Shown in pieces: positions 32,563 to 41,808 of a stretch of 41,808 bases of DNA. Numbering within the stretch: the first letter of the stretch is position 1; every line of letters starts with the position of its first letter. Location: the IMG/VR virus record IMGVR_UViG_3300033076_000864, positions 1 to 41,808 of that record; one strand, given 5' to 3'. The notes below the pieces were generated by a model. The model did no database searches. It was not told where the DNA came from and was given only the letters and a program-made list of their open reading frames with translations. Origin of the DNA: a virus (lineage: Duplodnaviria > Caudoviricetes). A program made the translations under genes and the position numbers.

Positions 32563-35500
32563 ATGCCCGAGTTGACCCTTAAAGACCAGTTCATTGCCTA
32601 CCGCAACTCCGGCAAATGGAAGCAGGATGATCTTGTCAAGGCGCTGGAACAGCAAGGGTTTTCTTCCGACGACTACGACCTTCCGCTTGCGGCCGCAACC
32701 GCCAAGGCCAAAGAACGCCTTGCGAAGCGCGAGTTTGCTGGTCCGCCGGCTGCCACAGCCCAAGCGCCCGCGCCCAAACCCGCGCTTGCGATGCCCAAGC
32801 CTCCGTTTGTCACCGACGCGGACTTGGCTGCTATGGGCAAGCGCAAGCCCGATGATGCGCTGCCAGCGCCCAAAGGCACGCCCGAAGAATCCGCAGAGGC
32901 TCAAAGCCCTGAGCAGCAGGACTACCTTGCCGAACAGGTAAAGCAGCACCCCGAGGTTACGCCCAAGGCCAACATCGTTCCGCCGACTCCGCTTGAGGTT
33001 GCTCGCCGTGTGGTGCGCGCAGGCGCTGGCGCATTGCAAGGCGTCGTTGGTGGCTCTGCCGTTGGGCACGCCGCTGACGTGGGCTCCGCGTTCGCAGAGC
33101 GGGCGCTTGACCCGTTTGCGTCGGACGCTGAGAAGGCGCAGCACGAGAAAGACATTGCCAAAGCCCTAAAGGACGCTGAGGGCGCAAAGGGCACGGTCAT
33201 TGAACTTGCAGGCGGCAGCGAGCCCGATGCGTGGAAGAAGGCAGGCGAGGCGCTGCACAAGGGCGAGTACAAGCAGGCGCTCAAGGCGGTGACCCCGCAG
33301 ACGGCGCTCGACGCGTACCACGGCGTCGAACAGCAGCGCGCAGAACGGCGCGTCGGGCATCCTGGCACAGCAGTCGGCGGCGCACAGTTCATCGGCAACG
33401 CGCTTGAGGATCTTGTCGGCGTCGTCGGTGGTCTTGCGGAAGCGGCAAACAACATCGGCGGGTTCACGGTCGAAGAAGAAGGTAAGCGTCGCGGCGAGCC
33501 AGCACACGAATCCGGCAAAGGGCTTGTTGCTCTGCCTGGTCAGGCGGCAAGTCTTGGCAAGGGCTTGTTCTCGCTAGACAACAACTCGCTGCTGACGCAC
33601 CCGTTCTCTACGTTCCTAACCGTTGTGGAGCCACTGCGCGGGGTCATGGAGCCGCTTGAACTTGGGACCAAGACCAAGGCTGCGGCAAAGTCGCTTGTCG
33701 ATGTGGTCTGGCAGAAGGCAGAGCAGCACAACCCCGGCATCGTCGCCCAGGTCGAAGCGAGGCTAAAGGCAGGCGCCAGCAGCCTAGACAACTTACGCGC
33801 ATACATGGAGCAGGCGTTTGAGGACGGCTTGTCGGTGCGCGATAAGCAACAGGCAGGGCAACTCGACCTGAACATCAATAGCCCGCAGGCTGCTGCCGCC
33901 ACGATTCTGACCGCTGCCGAGCGCATTGCGAAGCAGGCAGAGCAAGGCAAGATCGCCCCGATTGAGCCCGACCTGACGCCGACCGATGTGCAGGTAACGC
34001 CGGCATCGCCTCGCGGCAAGGCGTTAAAGGCGGCACGGGCAGCACGGGAAGCAGCGACCGCTGAGGCGGCTCGCATTGCTGAACGCCGGGCTCGCGACAT
34101 TGAAGGCGCTGAGCGCACGACCGACACCGCCGAGGCTCGCGCGGATACCGCAGGGCAGCGCATGGGCGATGCTGAAGCCGCTGCGTCCAATGCCGGCGTT
34201 CGGGCTCAGGCTCGCAATGCGGACATGGAAGCGGCGCTTGGCAAGGCATCGGAAGACGTGCAGGTTGTGGCGGACAAGCCGGAAGCCAAGATTGCCAAAG
34301 ATGTAGAGTTCGACCGCAAGCGTATCGACATTGAGAACAAGCAAGCCCGCATGGAATTGCAGGTTGAAGCAGCGCGCAAGCGTCACGCCGAAGCAACCGA
34401 AGCCTACGACAAAGCGCAAGAAAACCACCAGTATTACAAAGACCTTGAAGCCAAGGCACGCGACGACTACAGCGAAGCCCTTGCGACGGCTGAGACGCTA
34501 CGCCAAAAGCAGGCAGCGATTACCGGACGCGGCAAGAAGTCGCTAGCCCCGGCACTTGAGAAAGCAACCGCCGACGCGGAACGCCTTGGCACCAAGTTGA
34601 AAGAGGCGGTGCGTAAGGGCGACGAGGCGCGCGAGAAGGCTGCCGCGCTGCAAGAGAAGGCGATCAAGGCAAACGCTGATGCCGTCACTGCCAAAGAAGT
34701 CGCCGCTGCGCAGAAGCTGCAGCACAAGGCGGTCATTGCTCAGCTGGATGCGCAGCGCATCGGTCTAGGCGAAGCGGACACAATGGCCGCCACCAAGGCT
34801 GCCGCTGAAGATGTGCGCCGAGTGCAGGCTGCGCCTACGGACATGGACGGCGGAACGCAGTGGGGACCAGCGCCGGAAGGCGAGATGGTCATCCACGACC
34901 CGAACGCCAAGCCCGCCGATCTGACCGAGACCAATTCCGCACTCGACGACATGATCCTGCGCAAGACCGACGAGGCTGCGGCGCACCAGCAGGAAGCCCT
35001 GCTAAACGGCCTAGACGTTCGCGCAATGGTCCCTGACGAGATGCAAGCCATCTTCCCTCGCACCGCCGGCAAGACGGTTCTAGAGGCCGCCAAGGGGCTT
35101 GCAAACCACGTTGCCGAACGGAACCGCAGCAACCCGCTTGCTGACATTGAAGGCGTTGTTCTGCAAATGGGCGTGCCCAAAGAGGCGGCAGCTCCGTTTG
35201 CCAAGTGGCTGTGGGCAGAAGAAGAACTACGCCGGATTATGCACATCACCGAACGGGAAGGCGGCGTCATTCGGATGCCGCAGACCGAGGTGACACGGCT
35301 TGTAGTTGAGCCTGGCGGTCGGCACTTGGTCGAAGAAGGGCGTGTCAACGCAGACGCAGCCGCAGAGGATATGCTGGCGAAGACGCCAAACCTTGAGCAT
35401 CGCGAAGGCATCAAGGAACTTGCGCACATGCAGTCGCACGAGTTCCGCCCGAATGAGAAGCCCATTGGCTTCCGCACGGACAACCCTGTGTTTGAGCAGG

Positions 35501-38376
35501 CGGTCGACGATAGCTACAAGGCGTACATCGACCAGATGATGCCCGAGCACCTGCGCACGGGCGAGTATGCGCGCTATGCCGACGCGACAGGCTTGGGCGC
35601 CATTCCGGCAGTGGGTGAGTACTTTGCGCAGTTGGGCGAGGTCGTCAAGCCCATGAGCCGCGACCGCTTTGCTGCGCGCTACCTGCGCCAACTCGACGAG
35701 CGGTCGTCGCAGTTGCTAGTGCACCCATCGGTACAGCACGCCTTTGAGAATCGCTTTACCAAGAAGCTAACCGATGCCGGAATTCACGGCGCGCAGATGC
35801 GCGAGTTGCGGTGGAAGTTTACGCAACTGATTGAGGACACGAAGAACTACAGCGTTACGGGCAAGAATCGCTTTATCGAAGTGCTTGACAAGCGCACTGG
35901 TAAGATGCTGTGGGACGAAAGCGACTACTTCGATGCCATGAAGGATCTCAAGCAGTTGGACAAAATCAAGGCGGACGCGATCAACAAGTTTGCCGCTGAA
36001 ATGTCCGATTCCGTTCAAGGTCTTGGCGTCATGAACGGCATGGTCGAGTCGGCTTACGGCATGTTCCGTGACAACCACGGTGCCGTTGACCCTGCAATCT
36101 TTGCCAACCCGGCAGCGTATGCAAAGAAGTTGGCAAATTGGGTGGTCGACGAAGGACGGATGAAGCCGCTCATGCAGCCGTACTCGGGCAAGGAACTTGC
36201 TGAGCAACTGCGCAAGGTTGCCAAGGGCGAGAAAGACCCTGTGCGCGCCGGGGCTATTGACGCCTACGCAGACGAACTCGAAACGAACATGGTTGGCGTT
36301 GGTGACAAGAGTTCACTCGGTAGCGCACTGCCGCGCTGGTACGAGCAGGCATTCAACGGCACGACCCTGCCCAAAGAGCTTGTGAACCTGCACATGCCCA
36401 AGGACATTGCGCGGGCGTACGCATCGCACTTTTACATGCTGTCGTCGGCAACCATGCTTGGTAAACTTGGCGACGCAGTGCAGGCGATTCTTTCACGCAG
36501 CAAAGCCGGTACGGTCCCTGAGAACATAGCGGCACTTCTTAACAACAACCACTCAAACACGCTCGCCAACATGTTCCGCCGCCACGACCCGCTGCTACCG
36601 GCCAAGGTGGTCAACTCGTACCTAATCACGCGGCGCTACCTCAATGGCAAACTCGACGGACTAGACCCTGCACTTGCCGCAGACATGCGCTCGCTGTTCA
36701 AGACCGACTTGCGGTCAAGCACGTTCCTGTCCGCAGAACTGAAGAAAAGCAAGATGCTTGCGCACTACGGCGACATCCTGCCGTTTGAGTTGGGCGCCAA
36801 AGCCAAGCGGCTATCGCTCGACCTCGGGCACTTCCCTGAACTGCCAGGGCTTGGCATCGACTACATCAACGGCGCCTTGCGCTGGGCGTACCAGGAAATG
36901 GGCGACATGCCTTTCCGTGTCGAACAGGCGCTGAACTCCATGAAGCTTGCTCGCGAGAAGGTAGACGCGCTTGAACCTGGGTCGTCGATGGACTTGCCCG
37001 TGAGTAAGCAGCGTTCGTTGCGTCTTGTGAAGCAGGCAGACGGAACGATCCGCGTCCTTGACCCGATGCGCGAGAAAGAGCCGTTGCTAGCCGTCGACCC
37101 CAAGTCCGACGCCATGCGCGACATTCTTGCCCACCACGGCAACTTTGTGCAGGGTCAGCGGTTCTTCGACTACAACAAGATCGGCGCCGTGCCCAAGTAC
37201 ATGCGGACGCCAGTGCTGCAACCGCTGTCAGGCATCTTCACTTGGTTCTGGCTGGCGTCGGACTTGCCGATGCTCGCAAAGAAGGGCTTGCTCCAGAAGA
37301 TGATGTTGGAAGGCGACTCGCTGCCGACCGATAGCCCGGCTGTGCGCAAGATGCAGGCGCAGCAGCAGATGAAGTTGGCGTTGTCACGAGCGGTCCTGAC
37401 GACTGCGGGGCAGCAGGCGCTTGACGACCAACTCAAGGCTGAGGGCATTCGCCGCTCTGTGGCGTTCGACAAGACCGACAACAGCATGATCATGCGGCGG
37501 GCTACCAACCCCAAGTATGCGTATGTGCGCAACCTTGGCCCTGTGTTGTTCACCAAGCCGACGATGGTTTTTGCCCAAGCCGGTCAGCGTATCCTGCAAG
37601 ACCTTGCGTTCAACGACCTTGCGGATGACCCGGCCACTCTGTCGATGTTGCTTCGTCCAACGAACAAAGAGCTTGCTGCCGAGGCCGACAAGTCGCCCGA
37701 CGAAGAGGCGCACCTTGCCAACCAGCGCAATCAGCTCCAGCACTTGCTGCTTGGCGAGACGTTCAACATCAAGAACCTTGGGCAGATCATCGGCTTGACT
37801 GGCGCCCCTGCGGTCAACACCTTGCTCGATGTGATGAACGGTCGCCTATCGGTGCAGGAGGCTAAACGCCAGTTCCTTGCGCAGATGTTCGGCACAACCG
37901 TCGAACGCCTCATGGAAGTCACAGGCGCAGCGGCTGGCGTCGCTCTGGATAGCCCCAGCCTTCTTGAAGCATCCGCCTACGGTAAGCCATCCAAGGTATC
38001 GTCGTTACGCGGCGGCGTTGGCGGTGTGGACGAATCCGGCGAGCTGCTGCAATGGGCGCTTAACTTCGTCACGGGCATGGGCTTTAAGACCGTCAACGTC
38101 TTGGGCGACCACAACGACGTGACCGGCAAGAAGACCGCCGGCGCCATCGCAGGGCTGATCACGGAGGCGCGCAAGGGTGTTAGCAAGGACTGGGTCGACG
38201 AGGCCAACCGGCACATCGAGGCCGCGCGGTTGCTCGTCAAGAACAACCCGACGCCTGAGAACAAAACGCAACTTACCAACGCGATTGCGGTGCGCAACCA
38301 ACTCGAACAGACGGTCAAGTGGTGGTACAAGCACATGAACGGCAACCTTGTGCGCCAGTTCAAAGAACTGCCCTAG
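32563..38376 (+). CDS. Large internal virion/DNA ejection protein
   Basis: 1937 aa, helical, with a long coiled coil; position equivalent to T7 gp16/P22 gp16. No catalytic motif recognised. Confidence 0.65.
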   Translation: MPELTLKDQFIAYRNSGKWKQDDLVKALEQQGFSSDDYDLPLAAATAKAKERLAKREFAGPPAATAQAPAPKPALAMPKPPFVTDADLAAMGKRKPDDALPAPKGTPEESAEAQSPEQQDYLAEQVKQHPEVTPKANIVPPTPLEVARRVVRAGAGALQGVVGGSAVGHAADVGSAFAERALDPFASDAEKAQHEKDIAKALKDAEGAKGTVIELAGGSEPDAWKKAGEALHKGEYKQALKAVTPQTALDAYHGVEQQRAERRVGHPGTAVGGAQFIGNALEDLVGVVGGLAEAANNIGGFTVEEEGKRRGEPAHESGKGLVALPGQAASLGKGLFSLDNNSLLTHPFSTFLTVVEPLRGVMEPLELGTKTKAAAKSLVDVVWQKAEQHNPGIVAQVEARLKAGASSLDNLRAYMEQAFEDGLSVRDKQQAGQLDLNINSPQAAAATILTAAERIAKQAEQGKIAPIEPDLTPTDVQVTPASPRGKALKAARAAREAATAEAARIAERRARDIEGAERTTDTAEARADTAGQRMGDAEAAASNAGVRAQARNADMEAALGKASEDVQVVADKPEAKIAKDVEFDRKRIDIENKQARMELQVEAARKRHAEATEAYDKAQENHQYYKDLEAKARDDYSEALATAETLRQKQAAITGRGKKSLAPALEKATADAERLGTKLKEAVRKGDEAREKAAALQEKAIKANADAVTAKEVAAAQKLQHKAVIAQLDAQRIGLGEADTMAATKAAAEDVRRVQAAPTDMDGGTQWGPAPEGEMVIHDPNAKPADLTETNSALDDMILRKTDEAAAHQQEALLNGLDVRAMVPDEMQAIFPRTAGKTVLEAAKGLANHVAERNRSNPLADIEGVVLQMGVPKEAAAPFAKWLWAEEELRRIMHITEREGGVIRMPQTEVTRLVVEPGGRHLVEEGRVNADAAAEDMLAKTPNLEHREGIKELAHMQSHEFRPNEKPIGFRTDNPVFEQAVDDSYKAYIDQMMPEHLRTGEYARYADATGLGAIPAVGEYFAQLGEVVKPMSRDRFAARYLRQLDERSSQLLVHPSVQHAFENRFTKKLTDAGIHGAQMRELRWKFTQLIEDTKNYSVTGKNRFIEVLDKRTGKMLWDESDYFDAMKDLKQLDKIKADAINKFAAEMSDSVQGLGVMNGMVESAYGMFRDNHGAVDPAIFANPAAYAKKLANWVVDEGRMKPLMQPYSGKELAEQLRKVAKGEKDPVRAGAIDAYADELETNMVGVGDKSSLGSALPRWYEQAFNGTTLPKELVNLHMPKDIARAYASHFYMLSSATMLGKLGDAVQAILSRSKAGTVPENIAALLNNNHSNTLANMFRRHDPLLPAKVVNSYLITRRYLNGKLDGLDPALAADMRSLFKTDLRSSTFLSAELKKSKMLAHYGDILPFELGAKAKRLSLDLGHFPELPGLGIDYINGALRWAYQEMGDMPFRVEQALNSMKLAREKVDALEPGSSMDLPVSKQRSLRLVKQADGTIRVLDPMREKEPLLAVDPKSDAMRDILAHHGNFVQGQRFFDYNKIGAVPKYMRTPVLQPLSGIFTWFWLASDLPMLAKKGLLQKMMLEGDSLPTDSPAVRKMQAQQQMKLALSRAVLTTAGQQALDDQLKAEGIRRSVAFDKTDNSMIMRRATNPKYAYVRNLGPVLFTKPTMVFAQAGQRILQDLAFNDLADDPATLSMLLRPTNKELAAEADKSPDEEAHLANQRNQLQHLLLGETFNIKNLGQIIGLTGAPAVNTLLDVMNGRLSVQEAKRQFLAQMFGTTVERLMEVTGAAAGVALDSPSLLEASAYGKPSKVSSLRGGVGGVDESGELLQWALNFVTGMGFKTVNVLGDHNDVTGKKTAGAIAGLITEARKGVSKDWVDEANRHIEAARLLVKNNPTPENKTQLTNAIAVRNQLEQTVKWWYKHMNGNLVRQFKELP

Positions 38377-38443
38377 CAGGCGCAGATGGAAATTCATTGA
38401 CGGAGCCGCCTACGGGCGCGCACCATTTCGCAGGAGGTCCGCA

Positions 38444-38827
38444 ATGGACTTAGCAGTTTCGGCAAAACCAGCAAGCACGGCAGCGGATGCGCGCGTTGTG
38501 GCGGCGGCGGTCGCGGACAACGGTGTTCCGACCGTCAACACGACCGGCACCGCAGTCGGCATGTTCGGCAACTTCGACCTTGTGGCGACGTGCACGGGTG
38601 CTGGCGGCTCGTTCAAGTTTACGCTGTGGTGGTGGTACGGTCCCGCCTCGACGTGGGTTGCGGATGCGAACGTGACGGATATTCCGTGCACGACAGCAAC
38701 CGGACCTGTCGGCGTGGTGCTCAACCAGTCGGCGTCGTCGGCGGCTTACATCCAAGTCCACACCTTTGCTGGCGGCGGTTCTGCTGACGCATGGCTCATC
38801 GGACGCGGCAAGCGCGCCACGATCTAA
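38444..38827 (+). CDS. Small beta-rich virion protein
   Basis: ATG after AGGAGG. Confidence 0.65.
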   Translation: MDLAVSAKPASTAADARVVAAAVADNGVPTVNTTGTAVGMFGNFDLVATCTGAGGSFKFTLWWWYGPASTWVADANVTDIPCTTATGPVGVVLNQSASSAAYIQVHTFAGGGSADAWLIGRGKRATI

Positions 38828-38836
38828 GGAGGGCAC

Positions 38837-39796
38837 ATGCCTCGCTTCATTGCAGGAGTCGGCGTTGCGCTTAATGCTCAGGTCGTTACGGCAGCCGTAG
38901 CGGCGAACGCCCCAGCGATCAATGCCCCCACTGTCGAGACCTACACCGGCACCCTTGCCGCTGGCGGTGTTGGCAGCACGGTCAAGCTGACGCTCAATGG
39001 CGTTGACTACGTGCAGGAGTATATTACTTCGGCAGCGATTACCGCCGGGCTGCTTGCTGCTGTGTGTGCGAATGGCACACAAGACAAGTGGGCGTTTACG
39101 GTACAGAACGCTGCTGTTGGCGACCAGAACGTCATCGTCAACATCCCAAGCGATCCGCTTTCGCCGTTTACCATCGCGCTCACGGGCGGCGACTCTGCGG
39201 CTGTGTCGGCGGGCAAGATTCGCGCGGGGCTTGCGGGCGCTACGGTCTACACCGTTGGCGGCGGCGGCTCTGCAATCTCGCTGACCAAGGCTGTGGCAGG
39301 GGCTGTTGTCACGGGGCCGTCGATGGCGTCGCTGGGCAACCAGACCTACACGACAACCAACAGCGTACCGGGGCGCGCAGGGCAAACCGCGTGGACAGTT
39401 ACCGCCCCCACAGCGGCGATTACCATCGCCCATGCAGTTGCCGGCGCTACGACGGATACCGTCACGAGCGCGGTTACGGGCACGCTCACGCTGACGCTGA
39501 CCGAAAGCATTGTTGGCTACGACGCTCTTGCGGGCACTGCTGGTACATCGCTGGCAATCTGCCGGGCTGGCGGCGGAACGGTTCGCGCCAAGTTGAACGT
39601 GGGCACGAGCTACGACCTCGAAGTTTACACTTACCAGACCTCGACGGGCTGGGCGAAAGACTTGACGTTCGGGACCAAGACCGTTGCGGCGACAGGCACC
39701 TACAACTGGACCCCGAGCGGCGCGCAGGCTTACGCTCGCGTCAGCAACTTTGTCGGCGGCGCAAGTGCGACCGTCACGCTTGAAACGCCGTCGTAG
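38837..39796 (+). CDS. Ala/Thr/Gly-rich virion (spike/fibre-like) protein
   Basis: AAGGAGG RBS; termini resemble the preceding protein. Confidence 0.65.
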   Translation: MPRFIAGVGVALNAQVVTAAVAANAPAINAPTVETYTGTLAAGGVGSTVKLTLNGVDYVQEYITSAAITAGLLAAVCANGTQDKWAFTVQNAAVGDQNVIVNIPSDPLSPFTIALTGGDSAAVSAGKIRAGLAGATVYTVGGGGSAISLTKAVAGAVVTGPSMASLGNQTYTTTNSVPGRAGQTAWTVTAPTAAITIAHAVAGATTDTVTSAVTGTLTLTLTESIVGYDALAGTAGTSLAICRAGGGTVRAKLNVGTSYDLEVYTYQTSTGWAKDLTFGTKTVAATGTYNWTPSGAQAYARVSNFVGGASATVTLETPS

Positions 39797-39810
39797 GCAA
39801 GGAGTTCAAA

Positions 39811-40557
39811 ATGGCTAACGGTATCGCGAACATCGACGCTCAAGAAGGCACGCTTGTCGGCGTTGCCCATGCTATCCGCATCGGCGGCTTTGTCCCCATG
39901 TCGGTCGAGGTCTACAACTTCGACGCGGCGAACAGCTACACGCTGTCGTTCCAAGCGCAAAGTGGGCTGACGTCCATCACCATCCCGCCACAGTTCAAGT
40001 TCGGCATCCAAGGTCCGTTGACCGACATGACGCTGACCGGCACGGGCGCGTGGAAGACGGTTGCGTTCGACACGCTGTTGCCTGCGCCGGGCGGGTTCTC
40101 GGCGCTGTACGGCACGGCGCCAACGACTGCGGATCAATCGGTCAAGATCCTGCCGATCCTGATCCCTAAACTTGACGCGGCTGGCGACGACCTGCTGACC
40201 ACCGACATTTGGCTGAACGCCACCGGAACGGCGGCGCAGATCCTCGGCGTTCAACTCTACTCGCGCCAGCAAGTGGTCGGCGCGTTTGGTGTTGCTGAGT
40301 TGGCCGAGGTGGAGATCATCAACAGCGGCACGGCGGGCATTGTGGCTTCCAGTTCGTATGACTCGGCACCGGGCGGCGCAGGGTTGAACCCGTGGCCTGC
40401 GTACACTCCCAGCGGCCCTGCGGTAGTTGTGACGGCAGGCGCTGATCCTGCTGACCTTGTGCTCGCTGCCGGCGATAAGTTGCAACTAAGCCTGTCGCAG
40501 GGCGCAGCCGTGGGTGTCGGCGCGTTTGAGCTGATGGTCTACTACCGCAATCTCTAA
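39811..40557 (+). CDS. Virion structural protein
   Basis: AAGGAG RBS; beta-rich. Confidence 0.6.
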   Translation: MANGIANIDAQEGTLVGVAHAIRIGGFVPMSVEVYNFDAANSYTLSFQAQSGLTSITIPPQFKFGIQGPLTDMTLTGTGAWKTVAFDTLLPAPGGFSALYGTAPTTADQSVKILPILIPKLDAAGDDLLTTDIWLNATGTAAQILGVQLYSRQQVVGAFGVAELAEVEIINSGTAGIVASSSYDSAPGGAGLNPWPAYTPSGPAVVVTAGADPADLVLAAGDKLQLSLSQGAAVGVGAFELMVYYRNL

Positions 40558-40575
40558 CAACTAGCGAGCGAGCAG

Positions 40576-41808
40576 ATGGCCGGCAACAACGACATTCTGC
40601 TTAAAACTGTTGGGTCGGCGGACGCTGCCATTGCTGCACTACAGGCTGCTGTAGCGCCGGGCATCGTTCCGCCGACGCGGAAGGTCAACACCAACGCACC
40701 ACTCACGGGCGGCGGCGACCTCAGCGCCGACCTTACGCTATCCCTGCCAGCCGCGACCGGAGCGACCGATGGCTACATGACCGCCGCACAAGCGACGGCG
40801 TTGGCGTCTGCCATTTTGTCGGGCGCTGCTGCCGGCGGCGACCTAACCGGCACCTACCCAGACCCGACGCTAGCGGCGATCGTCGCAGCGGCGACTAAGG
40901 GCAGCGCATCCAAGGCGGTCACGATCACAATCGATGCCAAGGGGCGTGTCACGGCGATTAGCGACGCCGACATTGCGATTGCGGAGGCGCAGGTCACCAA
41001 CCTCACGACAGACCTAGCTGCCAAGGTGGGGAAGACAGGCGCTCAGACTATCGTTGGAACGCTCGATATCAACGAGCACGCGGCAACTGGTGTCGGCGCC
41101 TTGACGATTCGCAATGATCTTGGATACACCGCGTTTTCTGTATCCGGCAAAGACAACTGCGATTTTTACCTAAATACAACAAACTCAACGCCAAACGCTA
41201 ACCTGTGGGCTTTCAGCCACCGCGCTACAACGCACGCCTTCGCGTTCTGGTCGATGAGCCAGTACGGCGTGTTTAAGAATGTGCTCACCTTGCAACAGGC
41301 TGGCGGATTGGTGTTCGGACCTAACGCACTCGCGTTGACGGTGGCGGATGACCTCGCCTATTTCAACAACCGCATCTCTATCGGCGTTTCCCCGAGTACA
41401 GCGCTGCTCCATATCAAGGCGGGCACCGCAGCGGCGGGCACCGCACCAATCAAACTCGCCAGCGGAACACTGCTGACGGCGGCGGAAGCGGGCGCGGTGG
41501 AGTTCGACGGCGCGTCGTTCTTTGGTAGCACGTCGTTTCGCAGCGCGTTTGTGCGCGGTGTCAAGGTCGACGCGTCGCTGACGCCTAGCTCTGTGGCAGG
41601 CAACAGCGCGCTCGTCGAGACGTATTCGGTCGCCGGTCTCGTAGTGCCGCACGCCGTCACGGTGTCACCACCGGCTAGCCTCAATAGCGGGCTTGGCATC
41701 ATGTGGGCGCGTTGCTCGGCGACGGACACCTTAGAGATTTGCTGGCGGAATTTCACCGCCGGGTCGCTAACTCCCGTGTCGGGCACCTATCGCGTTTCCG
41801 GCGTGCGG
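40576..41808 (+). CDS. Tail fibre protein (runs off window; absent from ORF track)
   Basis: Open from ATG 40576 to the end; fibre motifs PLTGGGDLSADLTL, AGGDLTGTYPDPT, ITIDAKGRVTA and ALLHIKAGTAAAGTAPIKLASG. Confidence 0.85.
   Translation, partial: MAGNNDILLKTVGSADAAIAALQAAVAPGIVPPTRKVNTNAPLTGGGDLSADLTLSLPAATGATDGYMTAAQATALASAILSGAAAGGDLTGTYPDPTLAAIVAAATKGSASKAVTITIDAKGRVTAISDADIAIAEAQVTNLTTDLAAKVGKTGAQTIVGTLDINEHAATGVGALTIRNDLGYTAFSVSGKDNCDFYLNTTNSTPNANLWAFSHRATTHAFAFWSMSQYGVFKNVLTLQQAGGLVFGPNALALTVADDLAYFNNRISIGVSPSTALLHIKAGTAAAGTAPIKLASGTLLTAAEAGAVEFDGASFFGSTSFRSAFVRGVKVDASLTPSSVAGNSALVETYSVAGLVVPHAVTVSPPASLNSGLGIMWARCSATDTLEICWRNFTAGSLTPVSGTYRVSGVR

Noticed and set aside
1-41808. Integrase, DNA/RNA polymerase, reverse transcriptase/DGR, Cas or recognisable defence genes
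   Set aside because: No diagnostic motifs were seen in any ORF. The window is partial, so lifestyle cannot be called.

Overview
The window is a GC-rich segment of a tailed-phage genome with podovirus-like morphogenesis genes, and both ends are truncated. Left arm (1-12.7 kb, all genes on the - strand): DnaB-like helicase, a lambda-O-like replication initiator carrying an internal iteron array, a cluster of Cys-rich Zn-finger proteins, many small early genes, a ~1.2 kb non-coding control region and a small HTH protein. Right arm (12.8-41.8 kb, + strand): putative TerS, TerL, scaffold, major capsid, decoration protein, portal, adaptor, nozzle, three ejection/internal virion proteins and tail-fibre/spike genes. 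The most unusual biology is in the early region. (i) Three intergenic 'armless' tRNA-like elements (acceptor stem + T-arm + encoded NCCA, no anticodon arm) punctuate the early transcript. (ii) Three sigma-54 (-24/-12) promoter matches are present; two have the same upstream TGTCTCA-N3-TGAGAC-type enhancer palindromes, and a consensus IHF site lies upstream of the third. (iii) CsrA-like CAGGGAUG hairpins and further structured RNAs lie in early leaders. A short helical motif also recurs in five small or internal virion-region proteins. All calls were made by eye with no database searches, and most functions are inferred.
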